Part shown: in pieces, positions 35,325 to 47,748 of the stretch
How positions within the stretch are numbered: the first letter of the stretch is position 1
Layout: each line of letters opens with the position of its first letter
Origin: Sphaerodactylus townsendi
Lineage: Eukaryota
Direction of reading: 5' to 3'
Length of the DNA: 64,000 bases
Assembly (NCBI RefSeq): GCF_021028975.2
Contig: NC_059428.1
Coordinates: 153,822,001-153,886,000, forward strand
Position numbers and translations under genes: made by a program
The notes under the pieces: model-generated
Told to the model about the DNA's origin: nothing
Database searches by the model: none
What the model saw: only the letters and a program-made list of their open reading frames with translations

Positions 35325-37079
35325 AAAGGGAGAATATGGCAAGCAACTCTTCTATATAAATAGGCACAGGCTTGGCTCTGCAGGGATAAAATTAATCCCC
35401 AAAAAGAGGTAGCAGGGGACCAGGTTGGGCTACCTCCGACGAATAAATTGCCTCCCTTGACTGAATTCCCAAAAGGCACTCATAGGAGCCAGGTCAATCA
35501 TTGCTGCAAGAAAATCAAATCTTTATTTATTATTTGGTTTAGTACCCCGCCCTCCCCAGCCAGAGCTGGGCTGAGGGCAGCTGACATACATACCCAATCT
35601 TAAGACACGTATTAATAAATTAACAGTTAAAACGTCTCGCTAATTATTGGTTGCCCACATTCTCAGTCCCATCTCCCAGCTTGATTTTATAGGTCTTACG
35701 AAAGGATCACGCCTTGATCTACCCCTTGGGGATGCTGTTCACCCACCACTCTTGAGTAGGCTGGCCTGCTAGCCCCCCCCCCCCCCGTTTTTTCAGCAGC
35801 AGGAGCAATTTTTTTGGGCGCAAAGCAAGCACAGCTGACTGCAATGAACTTGATTTCCCCCAGGGGGATGCCCCTGTCCCCAGATGTCTTCTGTGACATG
35901 CTGTCACCCGAAAAGCATACATGTGCTGCAAAAAGAAAACAAAAGAGGAAACCTCAGCAGGCCAAATGGAAGGCAGCATCCCTGCATCCTTGTGCCATCT
36001 GAACTGTTCCGCGCCTTTGGAGGATGTGATGTGGATTCAGATCAGGGAGCAGGACTGAAGGGGGGGGGGGGATTTGCTTATTTGCAGTATTCTCCAGGAT
36101 GAGTGACTCAACCATGGGCTGACCGCCTCCCTGGCTGCGTCACTCAGATGTCAGAAGCTTCTCATTAAGATGCCGGTGCTGCGTTCAGGGAACCCTTCAG
36201 CAATGGAGGAGAAACACGGGGGGCAAAGCAGGCTGATGGGTGTAATTTCTTATGGGCGCTGTGACCAGCTTTGTCCTGTCTTGTCGAGGTGTTTCCCTGC
36301 ATTCCTTGTGGGTTTGGTTTTTTTACAACTGCCTGCATAATACGTATTTTCCTCTTAACAAAGCTGCATCATATGGAAAGATGGGTGGTCCGATTGCGTG
36401 GTGTTCAGCACCAGCAGACAGCAGCTGTACCTCAGGAAAGGCTGAAGCTCTCGGCTTTTGTGTCCTATAATCCCCTCGCCCTAATCTCGACTGGGCCAGA
36501 GCTGAAATTGAAGCGGGGAAACAGAACACAACTCTGCCATACAAAGGAGGCGTACCTGCCTCTCCAAGCTAAGGAAAACCATATCTGTTGAATTTCTGCC
36601 GCCTGCACAAATCAGAACAACGCTGCTGTGAAAAGGGTGGCTCTCGGGTGTCTGTTTCTTTTTCTATTAAAAAAATCAACAGAGAGTTACAGAAAAGGAA
36701 AAGAAGGTTAAAAATAAATATCTGTCAGATCTGAAAGGCAGCCAGGCTGGGATCTGCATGAAAACCACCTCAACACATGACAACATCCTAGGCCTCTGGC
36801 TGAGGCTCAAATGGTAATGAAAGGTCAACCACCAGCTAAAGAAATGGCAGCTGTTATATTAAACAAAATAAATATTAATAGATGTTAGGGGTGATTATAT
36901 TAAATGGATCCCGCTTCTGTTTCTTAATGCCATGGCTTAAAGATACAGTGCTTTACCCCAAATTTTGTACATCTGACCTGCACGCTAGTAAATTGGGGAC
37001 TAATAAAAGCATTACATGAATTATGTTAAATTTCCGCCTGCCATTCAAATGAAAGCTTGACCTGTCGGATTGCTGCATG

Positions 37080-37332
37080 ACGAGCGCGCTGCGCCGGCGC
37101 CAAACTGACAGCCCCGCCCCTAAGCCGCGTGACAGCGGTGACCTTCTCAAGATGGAAGCTGCAGTTGCTTCCTTGCTTTTTCCCTTCTGATCATGGCGCC
37201 GCCTCACCGCCAGTCACGTGCTCCCCGTTCCTTTCCGATCAGCTGACAGCCTTCTTGTCATGTGACTGCCCGGGTTGACTGAGGTAGAGGCAGACGTTGG
37301 CCGCCCTGGAACCAGCGGCTGCCGCTGGCGGG
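37080..37332 (+). promoter_or_regulatory. AMDHD2: AMDHD2 CpG promoter and non-coding first exon
   Basis: CpG-rich; GC-box 37111-37120; GTCACGTG 37213-37220; GTCATGTGAC 37257-37266; donor GG|GTAAGG at 37332/37333. Confidence 0.7.
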
Positions 37333-38042
37333 GTAAGGGTGGCCCCGCAGTCCACACTCCCCCGGGGGCTTCCCGAGAGGTGGCACTGGGAGGTTTTCGC
37401 CCTCCCCTCTTTCTCCGGGGCAGAATCTTTACCCGAGGGGATACCTGTCAACCCACATCGATTCGGTCAGAGGCCCTGTAGCGACCCCATATGCTGTTGA
37501 CAGGCTGGTATAAAAGGGAAGGCGTGTGAGAAGCGGAGGTGGTTTGCTTTTGCCTTCTTCTGCAGAGCCTTCTGCAGAGCCTTCCTTGGAGGTTTCCCTT
37601 CCGTGTCCTGACCCTACTTAGCTTCCGAGATCTAACCTGAAGGGGCTATACCACGGGGGCTATACCCTTCCCTCCCGCTATGGCCTTCCCTCCAGATATG
37701 GCCAAAAATTATGCCAAGAATTGGGCTGTGGTTCCCAGGCCATGGGTAACAGCTTTCGATCTGATCAGTGTCTTGTCGTGGCCCTGTGGGGATTCTTTGC
37801 AAGGTGAAATCTTTGACTGAACCCTGAACTGGCGCACTACTACTCGGGTAATAAAATTCTGGAGGGATACTAGACTGCAATTGGTATCTGGGGGAGAAGA
37901 GGAGGAAAGCCCACTGAATCTTCTGAGGCAGGGGGTTTCAAAAGTTTTCCCTCCAAAACCAGTACAACCCCATCTCATGACTTGATGCTTTCTCCTTTGA
38001 GGTAACTTGTCATCCCCTTCTTTGCCCATGGTAGAGGGATCT

Positions 38043-38096
38043 CCCCCCCCCCAACCCCCCCAACCCCCCCCAACCCCCCCCAACCCCCCCAACCCC
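38043..38096. repeat. (C7-10 AA)n repeat, G4/i-motif-forming
   Basis: Six C-runs separated by AA. Confidence 0.9.
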
Positions 38097-38144
38097 GACA
38101 GCTCCTTTTCACTCACATTTTTGCCTTCTCACCTTCAGGCCCCA

Positions 38145-38230
38145 ATGATGCCACCTGACAAATCTGTCTCAGCAGCTCCAGTTTTTCAGTTTACCAACTG
38201 CTGGATTTTGAAGAACCACAAGCTACAGAG
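38145..38230 (+). CDS. AMDHD2: N-acetylglucosamine-6-phosphate deacetylase, coding exon 1
   Basis: Acceptor at 38138; MMPPDKSVSAAPVFQFTNCWILKNHKLQ; donor AG|GTGTGT. Confidence 0.9.
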
Positions 38231-38828
38231 GTGTGTTTTTTTCTTCTTTGTTTCTCTGGTGTCCTTTTCAGTCTTGGCCCCATACTTCTAGAACATGCTT
38301 CTCTTTAGGATCCACCTTGCTCTTTGCTACTTGTGTTGTGGTATGCTTTTCAGATGCTTTTCATCTGGGTTGAGCAATTCCTTTCTTTCTGGGTTATAGT
38401 TTTGGTTTTGTATGATTAATTCACTGCTAGTTGGTTCAGTTCTTTTGTCTTGTCTGTCGATTACTGTTTCAATTCCGTTAATTACTGTTTCAGTTATTAA
38501 GTTTTTGGGGGTTTGATGACTGTGTTAAGCTTGCTGACATTTAGGAAAAAGCATCATAAAAATAATTTAAACATATTAGGAGTACAGGCTACTAAAAGTT
38601 GCCAGTTGTTAGTTTTGTACTTGTGAATTAATCAGTTTCCCCTGTATTTAGGTAGGGATTGTAGTTATTCTTTTGTACATTGCTAGGTGTAGAGGTGGGA
38701 GTAGTCAAATTCTTTAACTAGGTAGTTCTGTTAGGTTTTGCAGCAGTGTAGTTTAATGTGAGGTAGTCTCATTTATTGCTAATGATTTAATTGCACTATT
38801 TAATGTATTGCTTGTTGTTGCATTAGTT

Positions 38829-38966
38829 CAGGGGTCTTCAAACTATGGCCCTCCAGATGTTCATTGACTACAATTCCCATCAGCCCCTGCCAGCATGGCC
38901 AAGTGGTAGGGCTCGTGGGAATTGTAGTCTATGAACATCTGGAGGGCCATAGTTTGAAGACCCCTG
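38829..38966. mobile_element. hAT-type palindromic MITE
   Basis: 8-bp TSD CATTAGTT. Confidence 0.85.
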
Positions 38967-40078
38967 CATTAGTTGATTGTTATGTATTGTTTGTGGAGCT
39001 AAGGTATTGATGCGTTGGAAACATATGGTTGTAAATGTATCAATATGTATTGATTTAATTGTTATATACTGTTCTTCTGATGTTATTGGATTTTTGCTAT
39101 ATTTTTATGTATTATTGCTAATGTATTGACTTATGGTTAATGTCTTGGATATTATGGATTTAGAAGTATACATTAATGAGCTGCAAATGCTGCTGTTATT
39201 GTTCTCCGAAATTGTTTAGTTTGAAATGTTAATCTGTAATCTGGTTCTATTTTAATTTTATGTAATTATGTAATTTATCAGTGTTATATTGGTATAATGT
39301 ATCTGTTTATTATGTTGTTAGCCACCCTGAGCCCTTCAGGGATCGGGCAGGATATAAATATAAAGTGAAATGAAATGAACCAATGCTTAAATCTTCTGCA
39401 TGGGACAGCTATGGAAATAGTTCAGTTTGCTGGTAATTGAATTTTTATTGCTAACTATTTCCAACATAGGGAAAATGCAGGCCCGATGTAGATTACATTT
39501 TTAAAAACGTGTTGTTACTTTTATTGTGCCTGCACTGATCTTTGAACGCAAGCAAAGTACAGAGGTACAAAACGCTATTGAGGGGCGTAGGTCTTGTAAT
39601 ATGATAAAATAAATATTCAGCACCAACCCTGTTACTTGTGCAGTGCAAAAGATTTCACAAGGGCAGGTTTGCAGAGCAGTGGGCCCATCTCTCCCAGCAT
39701 CCCATTTCTCACAGGACCAAAACCTCTCTCTTGTGCCCCCCCCCACCCCCCAAAATCTGATACTCCAAGATATTCCATGCCTCTGAGCATGGAATTTCCA
39801 TTCAACTGTCATAGCAAGCAACATTCTTCGTGTTATCTATTTGTGTGATGAAATAAATGCTCACTACCTCCTGAGGCAGGGTGTTCCGTGAATTATTTAT
39901 GCCCAGTGTGAAGGAGGCCTGTTTTGGGTCTCTCCTTTAACTGAAGTGATGTGATGAATAGACTCCAGAATGCTGGCCATTTTCATTTCCTTAAAGAAGT
40001 GTTCAACCCAGCAGTGAATTAGGCCCAGTGCTGGGCGTTTGGTAAAGAACAGAGCGATGCTCGGGCATGATTTCACTT

Positions 40079-40400
40079 AGAATCATAGAGTTGGAAGAGG
40101 CTCCAGGGGCCATCAAGTCGAACCCCCTGCAATGCAGGAACGCACAATCAAAGCACTCCTGACAGATGGCCATCCAGCCTCTCTTGAAAAACTTCCAAAG
40201 AAGGAGACTCCACCACATTCCACAGTCGAACAGCCCTCACTGTCAGGAAGTTTTTTCTGATGTTTAGGTGGAATCTCTTTTCCTTCACCTTGAACCCATG
40301 ACTCCTGGTCCTAGTCTCTGGAGCAGCAGAAAACAAGCTTGCTCCCCAGCAACATGACATCCCTTCAAATATCTAAACATGCCTGTCATGTCACCTCTTC
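40079..40400 (-). mobile_element. CR1 LINE 3' end
   Basis: AGAATCATAGAGTTGGAAG terminus; reverse complement encodes RTRSHGFK..RFHLNIRKNFLTVRAV. Confidence 0.85.
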
Positions 40401-40555
40401 CTTTGTACCTCACCTACCTAACTTGTACCTTCCTGCCCTCTTCCTCTTCCAATGAACTTCACAGCCCTTTGTCTGTGGGCAAAGCACACCCCCCCCCCCG
40501 TGTTTTTCGCCCAGGGCTTTCAGAGCTTTGTGTGACAGGCTTCTTCTGTTTTCAG

Positions 40556-40692
40556 AGAGGACTTGTGGGTGAGAAAAGGACAGATCTTGAACCCAGAGAA
40601 GCTCTTCTTTGATGAGAAGAGGCCGGCAGACGTCCAACTGGACTGCAAGGGGAGTATCCTTGCACCCGGCTTCATTGACGTCCAAATCAACG
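40556..40692 (+). CDS. AMDHD2: AMDHD2 coding exon 2
   Basis: EDLWVRKGQILNPEKLFFDE...LAPGFIDVQING. Confidence 0.96.
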
Positions 40693-40819
40693 GTGAGGTG
40701 TTCCACAGAAGATCGCTGGGTGGCATCGGGCCAGGAACTCTTTCTTGGCCTAACCTAATAGGGTTGATGTTGTAAGAATAAAATGGAGGATGATGCTGTA
40801 AGCAAAAGCATCATGTAGC

Positions 40820-41055
40820 AGAAGAAGAAGGGTTTGGATTTATATTCCCCCCTTTCCTTCCTGTAAGGAGACTCAAAGGGGCACACCCTGTCTGGCTGAG
40901 AGAGCTCCGAAGAATTGTGACTAGTCCAAGGCCACCCAGCTGGCATGTGTTGGAGTTCACAAACTAATCTGGTTCACCACAGCTCAAGTGGCAGAGCGGG
41001 GAATCAAACCCGGTTCCCCAGATTAGAGTGCACCTGCTCTTAACCACTGCACCAC
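40820..41055 (-). mobile_element. Squam3-like SINE
   Basis: Internally deleted copy about 45 nt before the AMDHD2 exon at 41100. Confidence 0.8.
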
Positions 41056-41099
41056 GCGGGAGCAACCCCCAATTTCTGTGTCTTCTTTGTTTCTTCCAG

Positions 41100-41239
41100 G
41101 AGGTTTTGGAGTGGATTTTTCCGTGGCCTCAGACACCGTCGGAGCAGGCGTCTCACTGGTCAGCCAGAAGATACTGTCCCATGGAGTGACCTCTTTCTGC
41201 CCCACTTTGGTGAGCTCCCCCTCGTCTGTATACCACAAG
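41100..41239 (+). CDS. AMDHD2: AMDHD2 coding exon 3
   Basis: GFGVDFS...HGVTSFCPTLVSSPSSVYHK; AG/GT boundaries. Confidence 0.96.
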
Positions 41240-41499
41240 GTAAGGAATTGTTAGCATTGTGACAAACTTGGTCCCGAGTTCAGATCTCACCTCTGCTGGA
41301 AATTCTCTAGAAGCTTCGGCAGGTTGTTTTCGTCGTTCATGTCCCATCTGCAAACTGGAAGTTATTCCAGTTTCCCAGTCTTAAGCACTACACCACACTG
41401 ACTGTCCTGTCTCTAAGTGTGACTGCCAAAGTATCGTAAAGCCCCAATGTGCTTAAAGAGGAGTGATTGACACAGGCATTTTTGGCACCCTCATTTCAG

Positions 41500-41554
41500 G
41501 TTTTGCCCCAGATCACCATACAAAACGGAGGCCAAGATGGTGCTGGAGTCCTGG
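41500..41554 (+). CDS. AMDHD2: AMDHD2 coding exon 4
   Basis: VLPQITIQNGGQDGAGVLG; 55 nt. Confidence 0.95.
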
Positions 41555-41924
41555 GTAAGTACGAAGCTCACTTATTTCTACCTTGTAATTTAAACATTCA
41601 GCCCAGGCGTGTCAACCATACGGTTAAGGGGCCAGATCCAGCCCCTTGAAAGGGCTTATCAGTGTGAGCCAGCTGAGGCATCCCCCTGCCAATCGGGGGG
41701 GGGGCGGGGGGCTGATAAACCCTTCCAAGATGAGGTAGCCACACACCCTATTGCCAATCTGGGCTGGGGAGGTAGGTGGGGCTGAGAGAGTTCTGAATGA
41801 ACTGTGAGTAGCCCAAGGTCACCCAGCAGGCTTCTTGTGTAGAGAGCAGGAAAACAAATCCCATCCACCAGATAAGAGTCCGCCGCTCATGTGTAGGAAT
41901 GGGGAATTGAATTGCTTGGTAACT

Positions 41925-42352
41925 ATGTATTGTCGAAGGCTTTCACGGCCGGATTCAACTGGTTCTGTTGGGTTTTCCGGGAGGTGTGGCTGTGGTCTGG
42001 TGGATCTTGTTTCTAACATTTCGTCTTCATCTGTGGCTGGCATCTTCAGAGGTGTATCACAGAGGGAAGTCTGTTACACACTGTGTCCGGTGAGAGGGGA
42101 ATGTTTGGGGTATATATTGCCCATGTCCCAGGGTGGGGAACCAAGCAGTAAGTGTTTGGGTGGAACTTGTTATGCAAAGATGTGGTTGATGGTATTGTAT
42201 TGTGGGTGGGGCTTATCACACTTTGGACACAGTGTGTAACAGACTTCCCTCTGTGATACATCTCTGAAGATGCCAGCCACAGATGCAGGCGAAACGTTAG
42301 CAACAAAATCCACCAGACCACGGCCACGCAGCCCAGAAAACCCACCAGAACC
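41925..42352. mobile_element. Penelope-like element end with inverted repeat (arms 41961-42088 and 42225-42352)
   Basis: 128-bp inverted arms; hammerhead core CTGAAGA...GAAAC. Confidence 0.8.
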
Positions 42353-42762
42353 TGCTTGGAAACTATTTGAAAATCATCTCTCTCTCTCTCTCTCTTTTGA
42401 CTTTTTAATAAGGAAAAGGACATTGGAAGGGAGTGAATGTAAACAAGGGAAAATGGCATGGAAACTCAGAAAATAAATAATCCGTGTTGGTTTGGCTGGA
42501 GGTCAGGGGGTGGTTACAGGGAGCAGCCCATCTTAGATTCTCTGGTAATATTTGTGCAGGGAGTCGCTTTGCGTGCATTGGCTCAGTGGCTTTATGTGCA
42601 GAAGGTCCCAGGTGCCGACCCCAGCACCCCCGCTTGACGGATCTCAGGATCTTTTTCTGGCTGGCATCCTGCAAAGCCAGACGGGAAAACCCTCTTGATG
42701 GCCCAGCAGTCTGGCATCTTTGGGAACGCCTTCATGCACCTGTTTCCTTCATCCTGGGGCAG

Positions 42763-42975
42763 GGTTCCACCTGGAGGGTCCTTTCATCAGCAAGGAGAAG
42801 AGAGGGGCTCATCCCGAGAAGTGCCTTCGCACCTTTGAGAAGGAAGCCTTCCAGGACGTGCTCGCTACCTATGGCTCCCTGGAGGGCGTCCGCCTCGTCA
42901 CCCTAGCCCCGGAGCTAAAGAGGAGCGGCGAAGTGATCCAGGAACTGACCAAACGGGGCATCCGTGTGTCACTAG
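42763..42975 (+). CDS. AMDHD2: AMDHD2 coding exon 5
   Basis: HLEGPFISKEKRGAHP (metal-binding Glu motif of the NagA family) and VTLAPE. Confidence 0.97.
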
Positions 42976-43950
42976 GTAGCAATTGTGCTTAGGTGGGGTG
43001 AGGTGTGTGGTCTCTTGAAACCTGGGCATTTGCAAAATAATGCTACCTTAACCAGAAGATGCTCTTAGGAACCATCTTGGAATGCTTCCAGAGCTGGCTA
43101 GGCCCAATGAATGGATTGCCAATGAATGGATTTGCAGAGGCATCTATTCTAGGTGTGGGCATTGTCTTGAAACGCAGGGGAGATCCTAGTTTCCCTCAGA
43201 TCCAGAGAACATGACCCAGCCCTCCCAGAAGATTCTGGGCCGCTCAGTCCAGGCAATAGCTGAGCCGATTAGGAAATGTCTCTGGAGATGTCACTTCTCC
43301 CCTTTGGAAATTTCAAACGTGCAAATCAGGAAGAGGGGAGGGAGGATGAAGATTCTTCATCCTCACGTTCTAGCTGCCGGTGTCACAAAGGTCCTGTCTC
43401 TCAGTCCTGAGTGAACCTTTTCCGAACTGCTTGTTCCAGGGCTGTCTGGCACTTGAGTCTCTCCTAAATGAAAAACTGCATGTTCTCAAAGTGCAGATCC
43501 ATTAGGTTTCACTTCTCACTTGGCCCCACTCTCCTAACCTGGCCAACTCCCTAGACGTGGTTCATGCTTTCTCTCGTTAGCACCCTCAGTTGTTGGATCC
43601 TCTTTCCTTGGCTTCCAGGAAAAGGCAAATAGCTGAGGTGTGTCAAGAGAGTGCATTTCTCAGGGCCCCTGTTGTGGTCAGTCTGCGCAGGGCTGCCAGC
43701 GGGAGATGGTTGGAAAGTCCCTTTTCAGTCTTCCGCTGACCAACAAGAGGCCATGAAGTCGTGGGAGGTGTGTGGGTGCAGGGTCTCGGACAGATGGGAA
43801 ACTGTCAGCAAGGGTGGTATGAATTTGACCCCTGGGGTGCCAATCCCGTGTCCACTAAGAGTGTCTGAATATGTAGATGGCCTCCCCACCCACAGGAGGC
43901 TTGTCGAGAAGGATGTGATTCTTCACATAGCTAGTCCTCTGTGTCCCTAG

Positions 43951-44039
43951 GTCACTCCATGGCCAATTTATCTCAGGCTGAAGAGGCTGTCCGGCAAGGG
44001 GCGACCTTCATCACTCACCTCTTCAATGCCATGCTGCCT
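43951..44039 (+). CDS. AMDHD2: AMDHD2 coding exon 6
   Basis: [30 protein letters not shown]. Confidence 0.97.
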
Positions 44040-44249
44040 GTAAGTAGCGCCAAGCCCTGCATCTTACCCCATAGCCTGCGTTTTGAGAATCTCCACCAGC
44101 CAATTCTTTGTTAGACATAAGGTTAGATTAGAAGCAGGAAGGTACTATTGCTACTTCCGGGGGGGTGGGGGTGGGTGTTGTTCCTCCCAAGCTGGGTAAG
44201 ACCATTTGCTCAGGACCACCCACCCTTATACCTCCAAAGCACTAAGTAA

Positions 44250-44512
44250 AGAAGACGAAGAGTTTGGATTTATATCCCCCACCGAGACTCAAGGTGGCTT
44301 GCACGCTGCTTTCCCTTCCCTTCCCCTCCCCACAACAGACACCTTGTGAGGTAGGTGGGCTGGGAGAGTCCAGAGAGAATTGTGACTAGCCCAAGGTCAT
44401 TCAGCAGGAATGTAGGAGTTCGGAAACACATCTGGTTCACCAGACAAACCTCCGCCGCTCAGGTGGAGGAGTGGGGAATCAAACCCAGTTCTCCAGATTA
44501 ACCACCACACCC
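44250..44512 (-). mobile_element. Squam3-like SINE
   Basis: Same family. Confidence 0.75.
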
Positions 44513-44750
44513 ACGCTGACTGAGACCTTCCCGGCCTGTGATGGTTTATTTATTTGGGACCACTTGAATTTTAACATAACACATTCCTTTTTATGTATCA
44601 CTGTAATTTGTGTCCTTTATCATGTCAGGCACTTCGTGTCCCACGGTGTAGGCAAAAGGTGGGGTAAAACTCATGGGATCATAGAGCTGGAAGGGGGCCA
44701 GACAGGCCATCTACTCCCAGTCCCCTGCTCAATGTGGGATCAGCCTAGAG

Positions 44751-44888
44751 CAGTGGTGGCGAACCTATGGCACTCCAGATGTTTATGGACTAAAATTCCC
44801 ATCAGCCCCTGCCAGCATGGCCAATCAGCATGGCTGATGGGAATTGTAGTCCATGAACATCTGGAGTGCCATAGGTTCGCCACCCCAG
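44751..44888. mobile_element. hAT-type palindromic MITE nested in an old CR1 3' end
   Basis: 8-bp TSD GCCTAGAG. Confidence 0.85.
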
Positions 44889-45237
44889 GCCTAGAGCATC
44901 CTTGACAAGATTTTGTTCGGCCGCTGCTTGAAGATTGCTAGTGATGGAGAGCTCACCTCCTCCCTAGGGAACCCTTTCCTCTGGTACCTTCCCACCTGTC
45001 ATTTAAACCCATTATTGGGAGTCCTACCCTCTGCTGCCAACAGGAAGAGCTCCCTGCCCTCCCCATAGCTTTTAAAATGCTTCCAGAGAGCTCACTGAAT
45101 TAGTATTCCTTTTCCCATCTGTCGGCAGCCATGCAGATTTCTCCACCCATCTTCCACCTGCTGTGGTCTTCCTTGGCTTGGGGCTTCCTGGTAGCCCCCA
45201 ACGTTGTGCTTCACCCTTTGCTTTTCTCTTTACGCAG

Positions 45238-45382
45238 TTCCACCATCGAGATCCCGGCATTGTGGGGCTGCTTACGAGTGACCAGATTCCACCAGGTCGG
45301 CAGGTGTTCTATGGCATGATATCAGATGGGATCCACACGAACCCTGCTGCTCTGCGGATCGCACATCGGGCCCACCCCAAAG
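45238..45382 (+). CDS. AMDHD2: AMDHD2 coding exon 7
   Basis: [15 protein letters not shown]...[21 protein letters not shown]. Confidence 0.97.
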
Positions 45383-46210
45383 GTGTGTCACTGTTGGTAT
45401 GGGGTTAGTTTCTTCAAGGACTTTTTAGGTTTCCTCTCTGGAGATTGACCTGAGACAGCTCAACTAAGGTGACACCTGACTAGCTTAAGGTGTTTTCTAC
45501 TCTTTCCCATAATGCCTTTGTCACCACAAAACAGAGAACTCTGGGATCTTCCATGTCAGGGAAAACGGGAGTATATTCTTATTCATTAAATCATCAGTAA
45601 CTGGTGGGGTTTTTTGGGTGTTTTTGTTTTTTTGGGGGGGGGTTGCTTGCTGGGTGATCTTAAATCCATTATACTTGGAGTCTAATCTCAAAGGACTTTT
45701 CAGGAAGGAAAAACATAGGAGAACCCTTTTTCCTGAGCTCCTTGGAAGAAAGACAGAATAAGATGCAAGAGACACCATCCTGGATAACATTTTCAGTCTT
45801 CATTGAAACACATCCTTTGGGTTGGATTGTCTCTCTTTTAGGCCTTCTTTTATCAGAGATTCTGGTCTGTAAGGAATATCGCCTCCTTTTAAAGGGGGAT
45901 GAATTCATTCTGGACCCCTCCCACCTGACTCTGTTTCATCTGTCACTCCTGCTTTCAAGAAGTTCAGGGACCTCGTTCTCCATTTTATTCTGACAACAGC
46001 CCTGTGCTGCGGGCTAGACTAAGAGCAAGTGACTGTCCGATGTTCACCCATAGATTTTCATAGCACCCTGAAGATCTAAACTATTTGGACATTTGACACA
46101 CGAGGGGATCCCTGCTTTTCTGCTGAAGCCAGAGGAGTGTGTCAGCCTATCCCAGAGTTCTTTGCACTGTTGTTAACAAAGGTATGTTGAGAAAAAGGGT
46201 GTCAGGCTTA

Positions 46211-46361
46211 GGCCCCTTCCGCACATGTGGAATAATGCACTTTCAATCCACTTTCAAATCACTTTGAAGCTGAATGTAACTGTTCGGAATAACAAAATCC
46301 ACTTGCAAACAATTGTGAAAGTGGATTGAATGTGCATTATTCTGCATTGGTGGAAAGGGCC
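46211..46361. mobile_element. Harbinger-like palindromic MITE
   Basis: TTA TSD on both sides. Confidence 0.75.
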
Positions 46362-46483
46362 TTACTCTGGTAACGTGAAAAGGATAGGGTGGTATTTCTT
46401 TGGCTTTGACCTTTGGCTGACCTGGTTTTCACAACTTGTGCTGGGGCAGTGGAGTTAGGCTGAGCCAAATGTGTCTCTCTCAG

Positions 46484-46591
46484 GACTGGTCTTGGTGACA
46501 GACGCCATTGCTGGAATGGGCCTTGCTCCGGGCAGACACACCTTGGGCCAGCAGGTGGTTGAGATGGACGGGCTCAACTCCTACGTGGCAG
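46484..46591 (+). CDS. AMDHD2: AMDHD2 coding exon 8
   Basis: LVLVTDAIAGMGLAPGRHTLGQQVVE (catalytic Asp, VTDA). Confidence 0.96.
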
Positions 46592-46877
46592 GTGAGTGCC
46601 CTGGTGGTTTTTTAAAATATTATTTGCCTCCCACTTTTCTGCACTGAACTTTAATTGCCGCAAGAGACTTTCCCCCGCCTTCTATGAAAAGTGGGATGCA
46701 AATAAAATTGAGGAGGAGGAGGAAAGTCTGTTGCATCAATTAAGGCTCTGTAGACAATACTGGTGAACAGCCTGGTCCTTGGGCAACTGGAGCAGAAAGA
46801 GAGGGAACAACCTGAAGCTCCCTGAAGCTCCCGATTATCTGTCTGGTCTCCTTCTTGCTGGGAGGAAGGAGACCCAA

Positions 46878-47175
46878 GGCAGTGGTGTAGTGGTTAAGAG
46901 CAGGTGCACTCTGATCTGGAGAACCGGGTTTGATTCCTTGCTCTGCAACTTGAGCTGTGGAGGCTTACCTGGGGAATTCAGATTAGCCTGTACACTCCGA
47001 CACACGCCAGCTGGGTGACCTTGGGCTAGTCAGTTCTTCAGAGCTCTCTCAGCCCCACCCACCTCACAGGGTATTTGTTGGGGGGGATGGGGGAAGGGAA
47101 AGGAGATTGTCAGCCCCTTTGAGTCTCCTTCCAGGAGGGAAGGGGGGATATAAATCCAAGCTCTTCTTCTTCTTC
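46878..47175 (+). mobile_element. Squam3-like SINE
   Basis: Full-length copy. Confidence 0.85.
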
Positions 47176-47360
47176 TGTGCCAACGGCTTCCTTTGACAAT
47201 TCTCAAGACGGTTTAGGCCATCTCTTTATGACTGGAAGATACGTCAAAATAGTCTGAGGAACTTTTTAAGCTCTTGCTGATGGCAGGATTTATCCCCCGC
47301 CCCCGCAAAAAACTCACCTTTTCATCTAATGAACTCTGTTTCCCCCACCCCCCACTCCAG

Positions 47361-47429
47361 GGACCAAAACACTGAGCGGAAGCACTGCAAGGATGGATGT
47401 CTGTGTCCGGCATTTCAAGGACGCTACAG
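47361..47429 (+). CDS. AMDHD2: AMDHD2 coding exon 9
   Basis: GTKTLSGSTARMDVCVRHFKDAT. Confidence 0.95.
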
Positions 47430-47514
47430 GTAAGGAGGAGAGGCCATCTTTCCCCCTTGGTAGGGGAAATTCTCCCTAGAAGCTAAAACAACCCAGCAGA
47501 GGCCAGGATAATAT

Positions 47515-47748
47515 GTTGGTCACATTATGAAAAGATAAGAGTCACTGGAAAAGACAGTAATGACAAATTGAAGGCAGCAGGAAGAGAGGAAGACACAACA
47601 TGAAGTGGATTGGCTCGATTAAGGAAGCCGCGACACATGGTGTGCAAGATTTGAGCTAGCCTGTTCGTGCTGGAATGTTTTGGAGTTCATTCATTCATAA
47701 GGTTGCAGTAAATAGGAAGCGACTTGAAGGTACTTAACAAACACACAC
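47515..47748 (+). mobile_element. RTE/BovB-like LINE 3' end (another at ~17226-17385 on -)
   Basis: GHIM..SLEKT..GSRKRGR..W remnant with (CA)n tail. Confidence 0.65.

Noticed and set aside
38340-39380. AT/TG-rich region as organellar insertion or ncRNA
   Set aside because: Low complexity, ends in a LINE-like 3' terminus with (TGAAA)n, and has a similar inverted counterpart at ~47875-48245.
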